A DNA stretch of 64,000 nucleotides, taken from positions 29,016,001 through 29,080,000 of the forward strand of contig OZ024753.1 in the NCBI GenBank assembly GCA_964016885.1. Direction: 5' to 3'. This stretch comes from Eledone cirrhosa (lineage: Eukaryota). Position numbers and translations under genes: made by a program. Of the stretch, positions 10,718 through 25,970 are shown piece by piece. Within the stretch, counting starts at the first letter, position 1. Every line of letters begins with the position of its first letter. The notes under the pieces are model-generated. The model saw only the letters and a list, made by a program, of their open reading frames with translations. It ran no database searches and was not told where the DNA came from.

Positions 10718-11477
10718 TCTAGTCCAAGATAATATCTAAAGAAAAACATTGAATGGTCACATTTTATTTCTCATCTTCGCTGTTATTTTTCGTGCACTCA
10801 ATGCATTGTTTAAATTGCCTGAATGCACTAACTTTACTCATCTATTTATGTACGAAGTGCAGAGCTTTCGAGACTAGTGGAGGTAAAGAAGGAACAAATA
10901 ATGACTATTGGGTTGTTTTCAAGTTTGAGACATAATCCAAAAGCTAGCAATAGAATGGCTTGTGCCTTCGGGGTGGGGACTGTATGTATGTGTGGCATGT
11001 GTGCGTGCAAGTTAAGAAAAACATAAACACAGCATGAGCCAAGTCGAATCAAAATCGCGACTCATTCAATTTTACGCTACATATAAACTTTGTAAATATA
11101 TAAACAGTGCAATCGATATTCACAGCCTGTTTTGTCAATATATAGCCTATACGAGAAATCAATATGCCTTTGTTTCTCAGTCTACCTGCAACATATCTGT
11201 TTTTACATATATTTTTCCAAACTGATTAATTATTTTTCAGTCCATCTCTAAGATATATCATACAATTGCGTTTTTTTTCTTTCAACTATCCATTATTAAA
11301 CCGCTATCAACTTCCATTATTAAACCGCTCGATGAATGCAACGCAATACCAAACACGGAACGAAATTCAACCTTCCAGAAATGACAGCAAATTAGTTTAA
11401 CTGAATATATGTAGCCAACCAATCGCAAACTTACTAACGAGAACCAGATTTGTAAAGACCTCAGTGTATGCGCACGG

Positions 11478-11508
<31 letters not shown>

Positions 11509-11574
11509 TATATATGTGTGTGTGTGTGTGTATACATATTCATATACACACAGACACACACACACAAATGTCTA

Positions 11575-12009
11575 TGTCTAAGGCGGGTAAAATTCCCAAG
11601 ATCCATGGACGAGTTCTCTCCAACGGTCTCTGTCCCTCATTATCGCTGCCATGTCCTGCATCTCCAACAGTGGAGTCTGTGCTGCTGTACGGGTCTGAGA
11701 CTTGGACACTGACCAAGAAACTCACTCAGATGGTGGATGGGTGTTACACGAGAATGCTGAGGATGGCTCTGAACATTAATCAGTATACACTGAGGAAGAA
11801 AAACTCAGAGCTGTATGGGAGCATCCCAAAAGTCAGCTCAAAAGTGACACAGAGGAGACTGAGGTTAGCTGGACATGCTCACCAACATCCAGAGTTGACA
11901 TTACACTCAGTACTCATTTGGGAGCCCATACATGGACACACTAGAAGAGGAAGACCAAGGTTAACGTATGTTGATGCCCTAAGGACAGACACTGGTCTGT
12001 TGGAGATAC
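11575..12009. mobile_element. RTE-clade LINE fragment with an internal inversion
   Basis: Plus-strand SVLLYGSETWTLTK...RMLRMALNI...RRLRLAGH...[16 protein letters not shown] is the RT C-terminus. 11575-11670 is the reverse complement of the family 3' end seen at 18190-18290. Confidence 0.85.
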
Positions 12010-12148
12010 ACACATATATATATATATATACACATATAGAGTATTTTAAGAAGCGTCGAGTGAGTTTTGAGTATAGAAGAACAGCATAAGTTGAGGAAGA
12101 ATGCTCCTTGACGGAAAAAGTGGACAGCGTCAACCGTGTGATATATTT

Positions 12149-12409
12149 TTGTGTATATATACATGTATCCATATATAAATATATATATGTATATATACGT
12201 ATATATGTGTATATATATACATGTATGCATATATAAATATATATATGTATATATACGTATATATGTGTATATATATACATGTATGCATATATAAATATAT
12301 ATATGTATATATACGTATATATGTGTATATATATACATGTATGCATATATAAATATATATATGTATATATACGTATATATGTGTATATATATACATGTAT
12401 GCATATATA
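12149..12409. repeat. 58-bp AT-rich tandem repeat, ~4.5 copies
   Basis: Unit GTGTATATATATACATGTATGCATATATAAATATATATATGTATATATACGTATATAT repeats up to the gap. Confidence 0.8.
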
Positions 12410-12609
12410 NNNNNNNNNNNNNNNNNNNNNNNNNNNNNNNNNNNNNNNNNNNNNNNNNNNNNNNNNNNNNNNNNNNNNNNNNNNNNNNNNNNNNNNNNNN
12501 NNNNNNNNNNNNNNNNNNNNNNNNNNNNNNNNNNNNNNNNNNNNNNNNNNNNNNNNNNNNNNNNNNNNNNNNNNNNNNNNNNNNNNNNNNNNNNNNNNNN
12601 NNNNNNNNN
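12410..12609. other. Assembly gap (200 N)
   Basis: Run of N. Confidence 0.99.
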
Positions 12610-12831
12610 TGGAGATGGAGAGAGAGAAAGAGATGTGTAATAATCCCGACTGCGGCGACAAGCGGTTTCGGCTTGTGCGTTTAACAATCCTTTACCCTCT
12701 CTCTATTTCCCCATGTATCGAGTACTCACATGACGAGTGGTCTCCTCGGTTTCAGCACGGCAGACTCTATATATGTAGATTAAGATGAACAAACAAAATG
12801 CAGGAAGTAGTATATATGTGTGTATGTGTGT

Positions 12832-14960
<2,129 letters not shown>

Positions 14961-15368
14961 TGGTGGCTGCCAACTCGTTTTCGAGTACGGCCACTACTTT
15001 ATATCCATGTAGGAGAACCCCTACCGTTGCGCTGAACGAGTGTGACTTTTTAGTCCAGCCAGCGACTTGAAAACTCTGGTACAAACACTACACCTATGAC
15101 AACTATTAACACACAGTGCTGGGCCCATGGTACCATGTGACGACAAGTGCAGAGATCTCCAGATATAAAGCAATGCCTGTGCCGTGAAGCTTTTATAGTG
15201 AGCAAAGGCACTGCACAAAGCCAGTCCCACTCTCTTAACCAAGATGATATTTACCTAAAAGAAGAACAAGTCAACATCATTGGATACCATCAGGGTTGCA
15301 GGTGCTATATCAGAGTTTTCCTTCTCCTAGAATTCTGCCTTGACAAAGGCTAAGGGGTCATCTCTCCC
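14961..15368 (-). mobile_element. Short RTE-derived non-autonomous element (5'UTR-like part + ORF 3' end)
   Basis: Encodes the C2H2 finger [19 protein letters not shown], typical of RTE C-termini. 3' end ...CTCGAAAACGAGTTGGCAGCCACCA. A second truncated copy lies at 16945-17090. Confidence 0.6.
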
Positions 15369-15369
15369 A

Positions 15370-16125
15370 ATACATACATATATATATATATATATATACA
15401 TACATACATACATATAGACATACATACATACATATATATAGACATACATATATATACATACATACATACATATATATACATACATACATATATATACATA
15501 TACATACATATATACATATACATACATATATACATATACATACATATATATACATACATACATATACATATACATACATACATATACACATATACATACA
15601 TACACATACATACATACACACATATACATACATACATATATATATACATACATACACACACACATACATATATACATATACATACATACATATATACATA
15701 CATACATATATATACATACATACATATATACACACACATACACACACATATACATACATACATATATATATACATACATATATACACACACATACATATA
15801 CATACATACATATATACACATACATACATATACACATATATATACACATATATATATATACATACATATACATATATACATATACATACACACACATACA
15901 TACATACATATACATATATATATATACATATATATATATACATATATATATATACATATATATACATATACATACATACATATACATATATATACATATA
16001 CATATACATACATACATATACATACATATACACATACATATATACACATATATATATACATACATACATACATACATACATATACATACATACATATATA
16101 TACACATACATACATATATATACAC

Positions 16126-16170
<45 letters not shown>

Positions 16171-16944
16171 CACATACATACATATATATACATACATACA
16201 TACACATACACATACATACATATATATACATACATATATACACACATATATATACATATACATATACATACATATATATATACATATACATATACATACA
16301 CATATACATACATATATACATACATATATACATATATATATATACATACATACATATATATATACATACATATATATATACATACATATATATATACATA
16401 CATATACATATACATACATATATATACATATATATACACACACACATATACATACATATATATATATACATACATATATATATATACATACATATATACA
16501 CACATATACATACACACATATATACATACATACATATATATATACACACATACATATATATATACATACATACATATACACATACATACATACATATATA
16601 TATACATACATACACACATACATACACACATACACACACACATACATACATACACACATATACATATACACATATATATACATACACATATACATACATA
16701 TACATATACACACATATATACATACACACATATATACATATATATATACATACACATATATATACATATATATATACATACATATATACATACATATACA
16801 TACACATACATATACATATACATACATATATATATACATACATATATATATATACATACATATATATATACATACATACACATACACATACATACACATA
16901 TACATACATGCATGTATACATACATACATATATATATACATACA
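15370..16944. repeat. ~1.6-kb degenerate (TA/CA/TACA)n tract
   Basis: Read directly. Confidence 0.97.
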
Positions 16945-17092
16945 TGGTGGCTGCCAACTCGTTTTCGAGTACGGCCACTACTTTATATCCATGTAGGAGA
17001 ACCCCTACCGATGCGCTGAACGAGTGTGACTTTTTAGTCCAGTCAGCGACTTGAAAACTCTGGTACAAACACTACACTTGTGACAATTATTG

Positions 17093-17415
17093 TTGCTTTA
17101 CAACGTCACGGGCTTTATAAGCTGGCAATCTCTATCTTGCTTTACAACGTCACGGGCTTTATAAGCTGGCCATCTCTATCTTGCTTTACAACGTTACGGG
17201 CTTTATAAGCTGGCCATCTCTATCTTGCTTTACAACGTTACGGGCTTTATAAGCTGGCAATCTCTATCTTGCTTTACAACGTCACGGGCTTTATAAGCTG
17301 GCCATCTCTATCTTGCTTTACAACGTTACGGGCTTTATAAGCTGGCCATCTCTATCTTGCTTTACAACGTTACGGGCTTTATAAGCTGGCAATCTCTATC
17401 TTGCTTTACAACGTT
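17093..17415. repeat. 44-bp minisatellite, 7.3 copies
   Basis: Unit TTGCTTTACAACGT(C/T)ACGGGCTTTATAAGCTGGC(A/C)ATCTCTATC starts at 17093, 17137 ... 17401. Confidence 0.95.
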
Positions 17416-18037
17416 GCTTTATGAATCACCCTAATAGGTTCAGTATCCCAGTAGCGATATCTCAACAACAATACACCAACTGCAGACCGAGGTTATCATC
17501 AGTCTAATATTTATCAAGAGCACTTAAGAAAAGTATACGGCAAACGTCTCTGTATGTATGTATGTATGTATGTATGTATGTATGTATGTATGTATGTATG
17601 TATGTATGTATGTATGTATGTATATTATATATATATGTGTAGATAGATAGATAATCATTCATACACAAACACCACATATACACACACACACATTATATAT
17701 GTGTGTGTGTGTGTTTGCGGAAAGTAAACAGTCGATTAAGTACAATGAAAATTTATGTATATCAGTTACACACACAGAAACACATGTGTGTATGTGTGTG
17801 TATATATATATAAACACTTCCTGAATGTACGGCAGAGATAATTGTAAGATGCTGATATGATCAAGAATGATTTGCGATAAGGTGTCAAAAGAACATAAAA
17901 TGGAACGGAAATATTTAAACAAAGCTCTGGTTTTCGATTTCATATGTTTTCATCATTACCTTATATCCGTGAGTAAATGTTCTATTGTTGTGCTGACTTT
18001 ATTTGGCACACACACCACACACATATATATATATATA

Positions 18038-18298
18038 TACAGCACAGATGAGACTGCGGTTAGCTGGACATGCTCACCGACATCCAGAGTTGACATTGCA
18101 CTCAGTGCTCCTGTAGGAGCCCCTGCTAGGACACACTAGAAAAGGGAGACTGAGGTTGACATATGCTGATGCCCTAAGGACAGACACCGGTCTCTTGGAG
18201 ACACAGGACATGGCAGCAATGATGAGGGACAGAGACCGCTAGAGAGAACTCGTTCATGGATCTCGGGAATTTTACCCGTCCTAGAATAGAATAGAATA
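18038..18298 (+). mobile_element. RTE LINE 3' fragment with (TAGAA)n tail
   Basis: Homologous to 11847-12009 and continues into the 3' terminus followed by TAGAATAGAATAGAATA. Confidence 0.82.
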
Positions 18299-18332
18299 TA
18301 TATACAGTGAGGGATATATATATATATGGGAA

Positions 18333-18705
18333 AGCACATGGTTTAGTGGTTAGAGCGTCACGTTTGAGTTCGATTCTCGGACAGGGCTTTGCATTGTGTT
18401 CTTTCGCTGGGCTGTAGAAATGAGTTGCGACGTCACTGGTGCCAAGCTGTATCGTCCCAAAATAAGGCAAACGCCAACAACGGTGGAGTTGAGAAGGGAG
18501 ATGTTATGCATAGGCAACTGCTGGTCTTCTACAAACAATCTTGCCCGTACAGTTGCCTAGGTGTAATTCCCGGTGTGGTTAAGGAGTTCGTTTCCCAACC
18601 ATGTGATTCTGTGTTTAGTTCCTCTCCGCGTAACCTTGAACAAGTGTTGTACTCTAGCCTTGGTTTGTCCAATTCAATATCATGTGAGTGGAGAGACGGA
18701 CTCTG
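18333..18705 (+). mobile_element. Two degenerate tRNA-derived SINEs
   Basis: A-box TGGTTTAGTGG and B-box GAGTTCGATTC at ~18339-18375. Second head at ~18572. Related SINEs at ~23540-23770, 43930-44050, 60365-60450, 61735-61925. Confidence 0.55.
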
Positions 18706-19193
18706 CAGCCCCTCATTATATATACACTATAAATGATGTCCTTAGCCCCCAATCAACATAATCAACCACACAAAAAAAAAACAATTAAACCAGGCTATAA
18801 GATTAAAAGGCACCTGTGAAGAAATAATAGATAAAGAAACGATAGCCATTTATTCGCGATCAACAGCCATAGAATATTTACCCATCATTTCAATAGCACG
18901 TAGAAATCGATTAAATGACATACCCTGACATAGTAGATGGTTAAGATTCAGTCATGGTAGTGAATAAGATATGACAAAACTCAATATTTATATACCTTAA
19001 TATTTGATTTATTCATTGAACCTTGTTTAACCTTTAAATATATCTCATATGAAATGATACAGCCAATTTTCCACACAATACAATTAGTTAGCACCCCGAA
19101 CGTTTAATTAGGAATATACTCACTTATTTCCTAATGTTTGTTGAGTGAGTTGGGATTCGACCGGAGTATCGCTATTAGCTTTCACCGTTTATT

Positions 19194-19232
<39 letters not shown>

Positions 19233-19378
19233 TTTTATCGAGCGATACATATATATAAATATGTACATTTCAACTCGTAATACAACATTTTTGGAGCTTT
19301 AGAACCCTTAATCGGTCCAGATGAGTTGATTCTTTTACCTGTTCCTATTTGTCGTTGTTGTGTTTCTATACACCTAGT

Positions 19379-19430
<52 letters not shown>

Positions 19431-19736
19431 ATGTGTGTGTGGGGGGGGGGGGGGGGTGTTCATATATGTATGAGAGTGTTCTTTGTGCATGAGGTAGAGT
19501 GCAGGTATATTAAAGAGGTAAACCCCCAAAGCTTGGTGTGGGCTTTTTTAAAAAATCTATTTGCGATATATATATATATAATGTATATATGTGTGTTATT
19601 CATATTCTATTTTTATTAATTCCGCCCCAACTCGCAAGGAATCAGGTCACTAAGTGAAGAAAATCTTAACTCTATGGAGAGATGTAAGTATATTTAGTCC
19701 ATTCAAGAAATATCCCTGTTGCAATACGATATCCAC

Positions 19737-19779
<43 letters not shown>

Positions 19780-19785
<6 letters not shown>

Positions 19786-20176
19786 GTAGAAGTTACATTT
19801 AATTTGTTGGGATACAACAAGCAAATATTTTTATAACTGATATAAAGCACTCAACAAATTTTTGGAGTCAAAATACAATATATTAACAAATGGAAACTAT
19901 ATTTATAAAACCATATTTATTTCATTATACATATTTCAAGGACACCAAAGCAAATTATGGTGCGCTTTCATCAGATAAAATATAATATAGATCAGTTTTA
20001 TAAACAAATATTGACATGGTTGCATTCTTTAACGGTATGGCAATATTTGTTTATAAAACTGATCTGTATTATATTTTATCTGATGAAAGCGCACCATAAT
20101 TTGCTTTGGTGTCCTTGAAATATGTATAATGAAATAAATATGGTTTTATAAATATAGTTTCCATTTGTTAATATAT

Positions 20177-20180
<4 letters not shown>
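19780..20180. mobile_element. Penelope-like inverted-pLTR remnant (family A)
   Basis: ~135-bp near-perfect inverted repeat (19879-20013 / 20041-20175) with a hammerhead in each arm, one-sided tail, (TA)n flanks. Confidence 0.75.
20072..20136 (+). ncRNA. Type I hammerhead ribozyme motif (mirror copy on - at 19918-19982)
   Basis: Stem I TATTTTAT/ATGAAATA; core CTGATGA 20080-86; stem II AAGCGCACC/GGTGTCCTT; GAAA 20117-20; self-complementary stem III ATATGTAT; predicted cleavage after A20128. Confidence 0.8.
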
Positions 20181-20206
<26 letters not shown>

Positions 20207-20207
<1 letters not shown>

Positions 20208-20413
20208 ACAAAAAAAGTATGGTAAGAAACCAGGTGGACCATAACGCACCGGAGTACTCAATACTTAGAGTAGTAGAGTGGGTAATAGGAAAAGAGCCAG
20301 GACCCCGACGGCTGAGCTCTGGCCGTCTCGACAGGTAGATCCGAATTATGGCTTAGTTCGAATCTAGCTGTTGTAATGGCTGGAGCTCAGCCGTCGGGGT
20401 CCCGACTCTTTTC
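20207..20413 (-). mobile_element. PLE remnant family B (inverted arm + tail)
   Basis: Homologous to 34581-34760, 51889-52089 and 25013-25067. Imperfect palindrome 20291-20412. Confidence 0.65.
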
Positions 20414-20745
20414 ATGCATGTATGTATGTATGTATGTATGTATGTATGTATGTATGTATGTATGTATGTGTGTGTGTATGTATGTATGTGTGTGTGTATG
20501 TGTGTATGTGCGTGTGTGTGTGTGTGTATGGGTGTGTGTGTATGGGTGTGTGTGTATAAGTGTAGATATATATGTCTGTGTGTGTGGGTTTATTTATATG
20601 CTTGTACAATTGATATCTGTATGTATTAATGCAAGCCTATGTTTACGGATGTGTGTATCTAGGTAGTATGCCTATATGTATGTTTACTTGCGGGCATATT
20701 TGCATATTCCCCTGTATGTATGTGTGTGTGTATATATATATATAT

Positions 20746-20842
20746 AGTGGCCCAAAAAATGTATACACACTTTGATTACCTGTACAGGCACTATTTATTA
20801 GAATGCTGTTGAAGTGTGTATACATTTGTTTGGAACACCCTG
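20746..20842. mobile_element. Tc1/mariner-type MITE
   Basis: TIR CAGGGTG(T)CCCAAAAATGTATACA in TA context. Further copies at 21768-21843 and 34236-34329. Confidence 0.7.
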
Positions 20843-21265
20843 TGTATATATATATATATAAACATGAAGATTTATTTTTTGGAGATAAGATTAGAAGCCG
20901 TATGCCTTACTTTAAATTGAAAAAAAAATTAAATAAACTATGAAGCATTAGCAGTGCGTCAGATAAAATATAGCTTTAGTATTTTTTTCATGAATAAGAA
21001 CTATGTTTTATCAAAAGCTTTGTTGAGGATTCCAATTTAGTTTAAAATTTCACATAAATATTTGTATGTGCTTTGAAGAAAGTAAAATAACGCCAAACTA
21101 CATATAATACATTACAGCCGTCCAACCTGGTTAAAGTCCAAAACAGTTTTGTGGGCTGGCATAATATTACAGTGACTGTCTCTTCCAGCTTTTTTCTTTT
21201 ATTTACTGTAATTATTATTGTGGCTGCTGTTTATGAGTGAGTGTGTGTCAGTGAAATATATACAT

Positions 21266-21480
21266 ATACACCAGGTCCGAACACAAAGGAACCAAACTGC
21301 CACTGTCACTGCCTCTGTCTCCCCATCTCTCACTATTATGAGCAAATGGGGACCGACGCGCTGGCCACCCCGACGCGCTGGCGAATAGAATAGAGTAGGC
21401 TTTCCCTGGACTTGCGGGTAGCCAACTTTGTGCCGATCGTGATGAGTAGGGAAGTGGCCCTAGGCCAAGAACACCAGCTA
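21266..21480 (-). mobile_element. CRE-clade (restriction-like endonuclease) LINE 3' fragment
   Basis: Homologous to 25690-25965 with an internal deletion. The same 3'UTR end (...GTTCGGACCTGGTGTATA) occurs at 22824-22880, 35252-35360 and 55083-55195. Confidence 0.65.
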
Positions 21481-21840
21481 GACCGATATTTGGAGAGTCA
21501 ATAACGAATAGCTTCTGGGTCATTGGCTGAAATTACCAGATATATGAGAGCTTTGCACAACTTCATATTCATAGTTAGAATAGTTTTATTTTTCAGTCTC
21601 TCACTAGGTTTCTTACAAATCGAAACAGGATTTATTCTGTAAATCCAGTATTCTGTAAATCCAGTAACAAATATATCACAGCTTCTATGCTGCGAAGTAT
21701 CGAATATTTTTAATTTGTATCTGTCAGCTTTTTACTCAGGAAAATATACAAGAACATTAAATATATACAGGGTGACCCACAAAATGTGTACATGTTTGAG
21801 TTATCTGCTGTTGAAGTGTGTATACATTTTGGGGGGGACA

Positions 21841-21964
<124 letters not shown>

Positions 21965-22665
21965 CTCACCCTACGTGGTTAATTGGTTTCAGAAGTTGTG
22001 ACGAAACTCAAAACAACCTAAGCCGAGGTATACATGTATACCTCGGCTTAGGTTGTATATATACATGTATGTATATATATATACACACACACACGTTATT
22101 TATATATATATATACTCGCACCCGATGTGTATTGGCTCTTTTGACAATATATAGAAAGAGTGGAAAGAATAAATTAACATATGGGTTGAAGGAGAAATAT
22201 AAATACAGAGTAGGTCGGAAGACAGAAAGTGAGAGAAACAGAAAGGCAATCCGCACACAAAAACACATATATGCACGTGCACACAAACAACCACACACAC
22301 ACACAATCACACACACAACCACACACACACAAAAAAAAATGTCGGGTGAACCTTTGTAGTTTAGTTTTTCCTTTCATTCTTCGTTCATTTTGATGATTTG
22401 AATATACGTAAATGAATTATATTCCTTTTCTCATTTTTTTTTCTGTCGTTTTCTCAAACAAAGACATTTTTTATTTCAATGTTTATAGTGTCTGAGCGGC
22501 GGGAATATTATGAAAGCTTCTAACAAAATGCGAGCATAATGAATTAATTTATCACTTTTGTATAAATGTATTTGTTTATTCTTATAAATGTATTTCCCTC
22601 CTATTCTTACCCACAATGGTATGTACACTCACCAAATTATTCGGCTCATGGTGGGTGACAGTCTA

Positions 22666-22715
<50 letters not shown>

Positions 22716-23313
22716 AGAGAGAGAGCGTTAGAGATAATGTGTGTTTGAATATACGTTCATCTCTTCCTTTCTCTCCTCTTCTCTCTCTCTTTATATATAT
22801 ACTCATTCTCTTATATACACATATATACACCAGGTTCGAACACAAAAGAATCAAACTCCCACTGTCACTGCTGCCTCCGTATGTATGTGAGAGAGCCTTT
22901 TATGGGAAATAAAAGATGTGAACCCTGTGCATCATCCTGAAGTTAATTGGATGAAACACCTTTTGATTTATCCCTCTCATTATAACATGTCAAGTAATTA
23001 AGAGGATCAAACTATTTGAAAAGAAGCGACATCGTATGAAGAATCGAGAAAAATCAATTAGTACAGAAATCGATAATTAATTAGGAACATCGATGTATGT
23101 AATAGCCTCAAAATAGTTGTGCTGTTATTTCTTAGCCCCAGATCAGCTCTGATTGGGCTGGATCCATCCAGAATTGATACAACCACCTGCCCTCCACCCT
23201 GACACTGTACATCTAGAACCAGATATACTACGTACCCTTAATTTATGCCGTTAGAATGCAGTTTGAGGGAGATTTGACTTTAATTTCTAGCATATCGAGT
23301 AAGCGCTCTACAG

Positions 23314-23440
23314 CAGGGCTTCTCAAACTTTTTCAAATGCGGAACTCTTTTTGGTTAACTCCAAAGTCTAATACTGTTATATGGTCGTTATAAATATATT
23401 CCTCTACCTTTGTGCGCGGAACCCACTTTGGAAACCACTG
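23314..23440. mobile_element. hAT (Charlie-like) MITE
   Basis: Termini CAGGGCTTCTCAAACT / TTTGGAAACCACTG. Imperfect 8-bp TSD CTCTACAG/CTTTAAAG. Confidence 0.6.
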
Positions 23441-24280
23441 CTTTAAAGTGATGTTTTTATTAGAGTATCTCTGTAAAGAACTATTGCTGGGATCTCCGTC
23501 GATTGCGATGACTAGTATGCCATATGTTCAAATAACCTAGCAGCCTGCTATGAAATTAACGTATAAGTGACTTGGCAGTTCATAAACATGTTCACCCTTA
23601 AAGTATTTGTCAGGGAGATTCAGCGGGGCAATTTGTAAGAAGACCGACTCCTTTGAATTAGAGGTACAACTCATTTTTTTCTAGTTGAAGGGCACAACGT
23701 GTGGCCAAGAGTTGAATTCCTAACCTAGTGATGGTTAGTTGAACACCCCTAACTCCGAAGTTGAGCACGTCCACACATATTTATGATGTATACGGACATG
23801 GGTACATTGGCGTGTGTGTGTTTATGTATAAGTGCGTATGGTGTGTGTGCATGAGAGTGAGTATGTGTTTATGAGTGTATGTGTGTGTGTGTATGTATGT
23901 ATGTATATGTATGTGCCTCTATGTGTGTGTGTGTGGATGGGTGGGTGTCTGTGTGCATATGCATGTCTATGTGTGTGTATATATGTGTATATATGTGTGT
24001 GTATATGTGTGTGTAAATTTGCTCTCATAAGTCAGATCTTTTGGAAAACATTAAAACAGATACGAAATGAGACATGAAAGCAGATAGTAAGCCATAACCA
24101 AGTTTAAAGATAAACGAATATTGGACGTAGATCGGAGCTGGAGATGATTGACAAACCCAGCTGACCAGGGAGGAGAAAGATAGAACCTCTAACAGAGAAT
24201 TACAGAATTTATAACCGTGTCCTAGGAATTTAACTCTTAAAAAGGCTGCTGTGTTTATAATACATCTGTAGACTTACTAA

Positions 24281-24650
24281 GAGAGAGGAGAAGAGAGAGA
24301 GAGAGGGAGGGAGAGAGTGGGAGAGCGTTTGAGAGAGATAGTTAGAGTGGGGAGAGACTATTTGAGAGAGCGCGCGTTTGATAGAGAGGGAGAGAGGGGG
24401 AAGGGGGCGATAGGGGGAGTGAGAGAGGGGGGAGAGAGAGTGAGAGAGAGGAGAGAGAGGGGGTGAGAGGGGGTGAGAGGGGGTGAGAGGGGGGGGTGAG
24501 TGAGAGGGGTGAGAGAGAGAGTGAGAGAGAGAGTGAGAGAGGGGAGAGAGGGGAGAGAGGGGTGAGAGAGGTGAGAGAGAGAGGGAGGTGAGAGAGAGAG
24601 GGAGGGGGTGAGAGAGAGAGGGAGGGGGTGAGAGAGAGAGGGAGGTGAGA

Positions 24651-24689
<39 letters not shown>

Positions 24690-24730
24690 AGGTGAGAGAG
24701 AGAGGGAGGTGAGAGAGAGAGGGAGAGAGG
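24281..24730. repeat. Polypurine (GA/GGGGT)-rich tract
   Basis: Read directly. Confidence 0.9.
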
Positions 24731-25257
24731 CGGATAGCAGCCATGAAGGTGTTAAAACCAGTAGCAAGAATGGAAAATACGAAGAAAGCAATGAAGATAA
24801 GATAACAAGGTCAAAATTGTTTGTAATGTCTGCATTGAGAATATCTGTTAGTTTAGAAGTTCCGTTTATCTGTTTGTTATGAATTAGTTAGTCTAGTCGC
24901 TTGATATTTCATTTGTGAATGTCACTGAATCTATTCAGCCGTTACTCAGTCAGTTCTAGTTTGTGTAGGCCCACATGTTTTTCTGATGAGAGTAGGTTAA
25001 GTATGTATGTATGAGCTCTGCCGTCGGGGTTAAACATTTTCCTATTACCCACTCTACTACCCTAAGTGTATATATATACACAAATAAAGATTCAGCGAGA
25101 ATCGCATTTGGGCGGGCAGGAAAAGCGAAGCGAAACGCAAAAATCAGAAATGATACTGGCAAAGTGCTCAATAGTTAAAAACCAGAGCTAAACAATGTGT
25201 TAAGAAGCCATACAAAACTGAAAAGGTGGTCAAGAAGGCATTAACCACCCAAGCCAA

Positions 25258-25455
25258 TATATATTTAATATAGAAAAGGCTTCTATAGGACTAGAACTGT
25301 TTCATTCGGGAGAAATCATCAGGGTGATGATTTCTCCCGAATGAAACAGTTCTAGTCCTGTAGAAGCCTTTTCTATATTAAATATTTATACTCTGCTTTG
25401 TATTGAGTACCTTACTTACAGTGGTTACCCCCGATTGAACCCAGGATAAACTTAT
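25258..25455 (+). mobile_element. PLE remnant family C: palindrome 25258-25386 + tail
   Basis: Hammerhead core on - (CTGATGA 25322-25316 ... GAAACAG...CTATA GAAGCC). Homologous to 56000-56123. Confidence 0.65.
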
Positions 25456-25631
25456 ATATATAGTAATTCACAATGTTTGTCACAATTATGCAAATACACT
25501 CTTGACAGTTGAAATGTGTCCGAACACGAAAGGGCCTTTACTCAGTTAACTCTATGAACGAATGGAATGGATCTCCGGCGGTATCGACGATGAATCTGCC
25601 CAGCTGCTCAATCAACAGAGCAGACTCGTCC

Positions 25632-25970
25632 TGAAATTAACGTAGCTCGCCGACAGGTTTGCGGTCGAGCCCGTAGCAGTGGAGGTTTCTGGCGTCCTTA
25701 GTCTTAGGGCTACCTCCCTGCTCACCACCATCGGCACATAGTTGGCTACCCGCAGGTGTGACTCTCACGAGCTGGAATGGCTCTTCCAGCGTATCTCCCT
25801 CACCATCCTCCGGGGAAACGTCTTCTTCATTCTGTCCGGCGAGGCCACAGGGCGGCCAGCGCGTGGGCCCCCATGTGCTCATAATGGTGAGATGGGGAGA
25901 GTGGGGGAGACGGAAGCAGTGACAGTGAGAGTTTGGTTCTTTTGCATTCGATCCTTGCGTATGTGTATAT
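25632..25970 (+). pseudogene. CRE-clade LINE RLE domain C-terminus + 3'UTR
   Basis: Translation LADRFAVEPVAVEVSGVL...LEWLFQRISLTILRGN matches the P.A.E..G...FQR.S..I.RGN terminus of CRE-type RLE elements. Internal stops. Confidence 0.7.

Noticed and set aside
17093-17415. CRISPR-like regular repeat
   Set aside because: No unique spacers, no cas genes, eukaryotic context. It is a minisatellite.
18333-18380. tRNA gene (A and B boxes)
   Set aside because: No cloverleaf. It is a SINE head, as are the similar motifs at 42050 and 61870.
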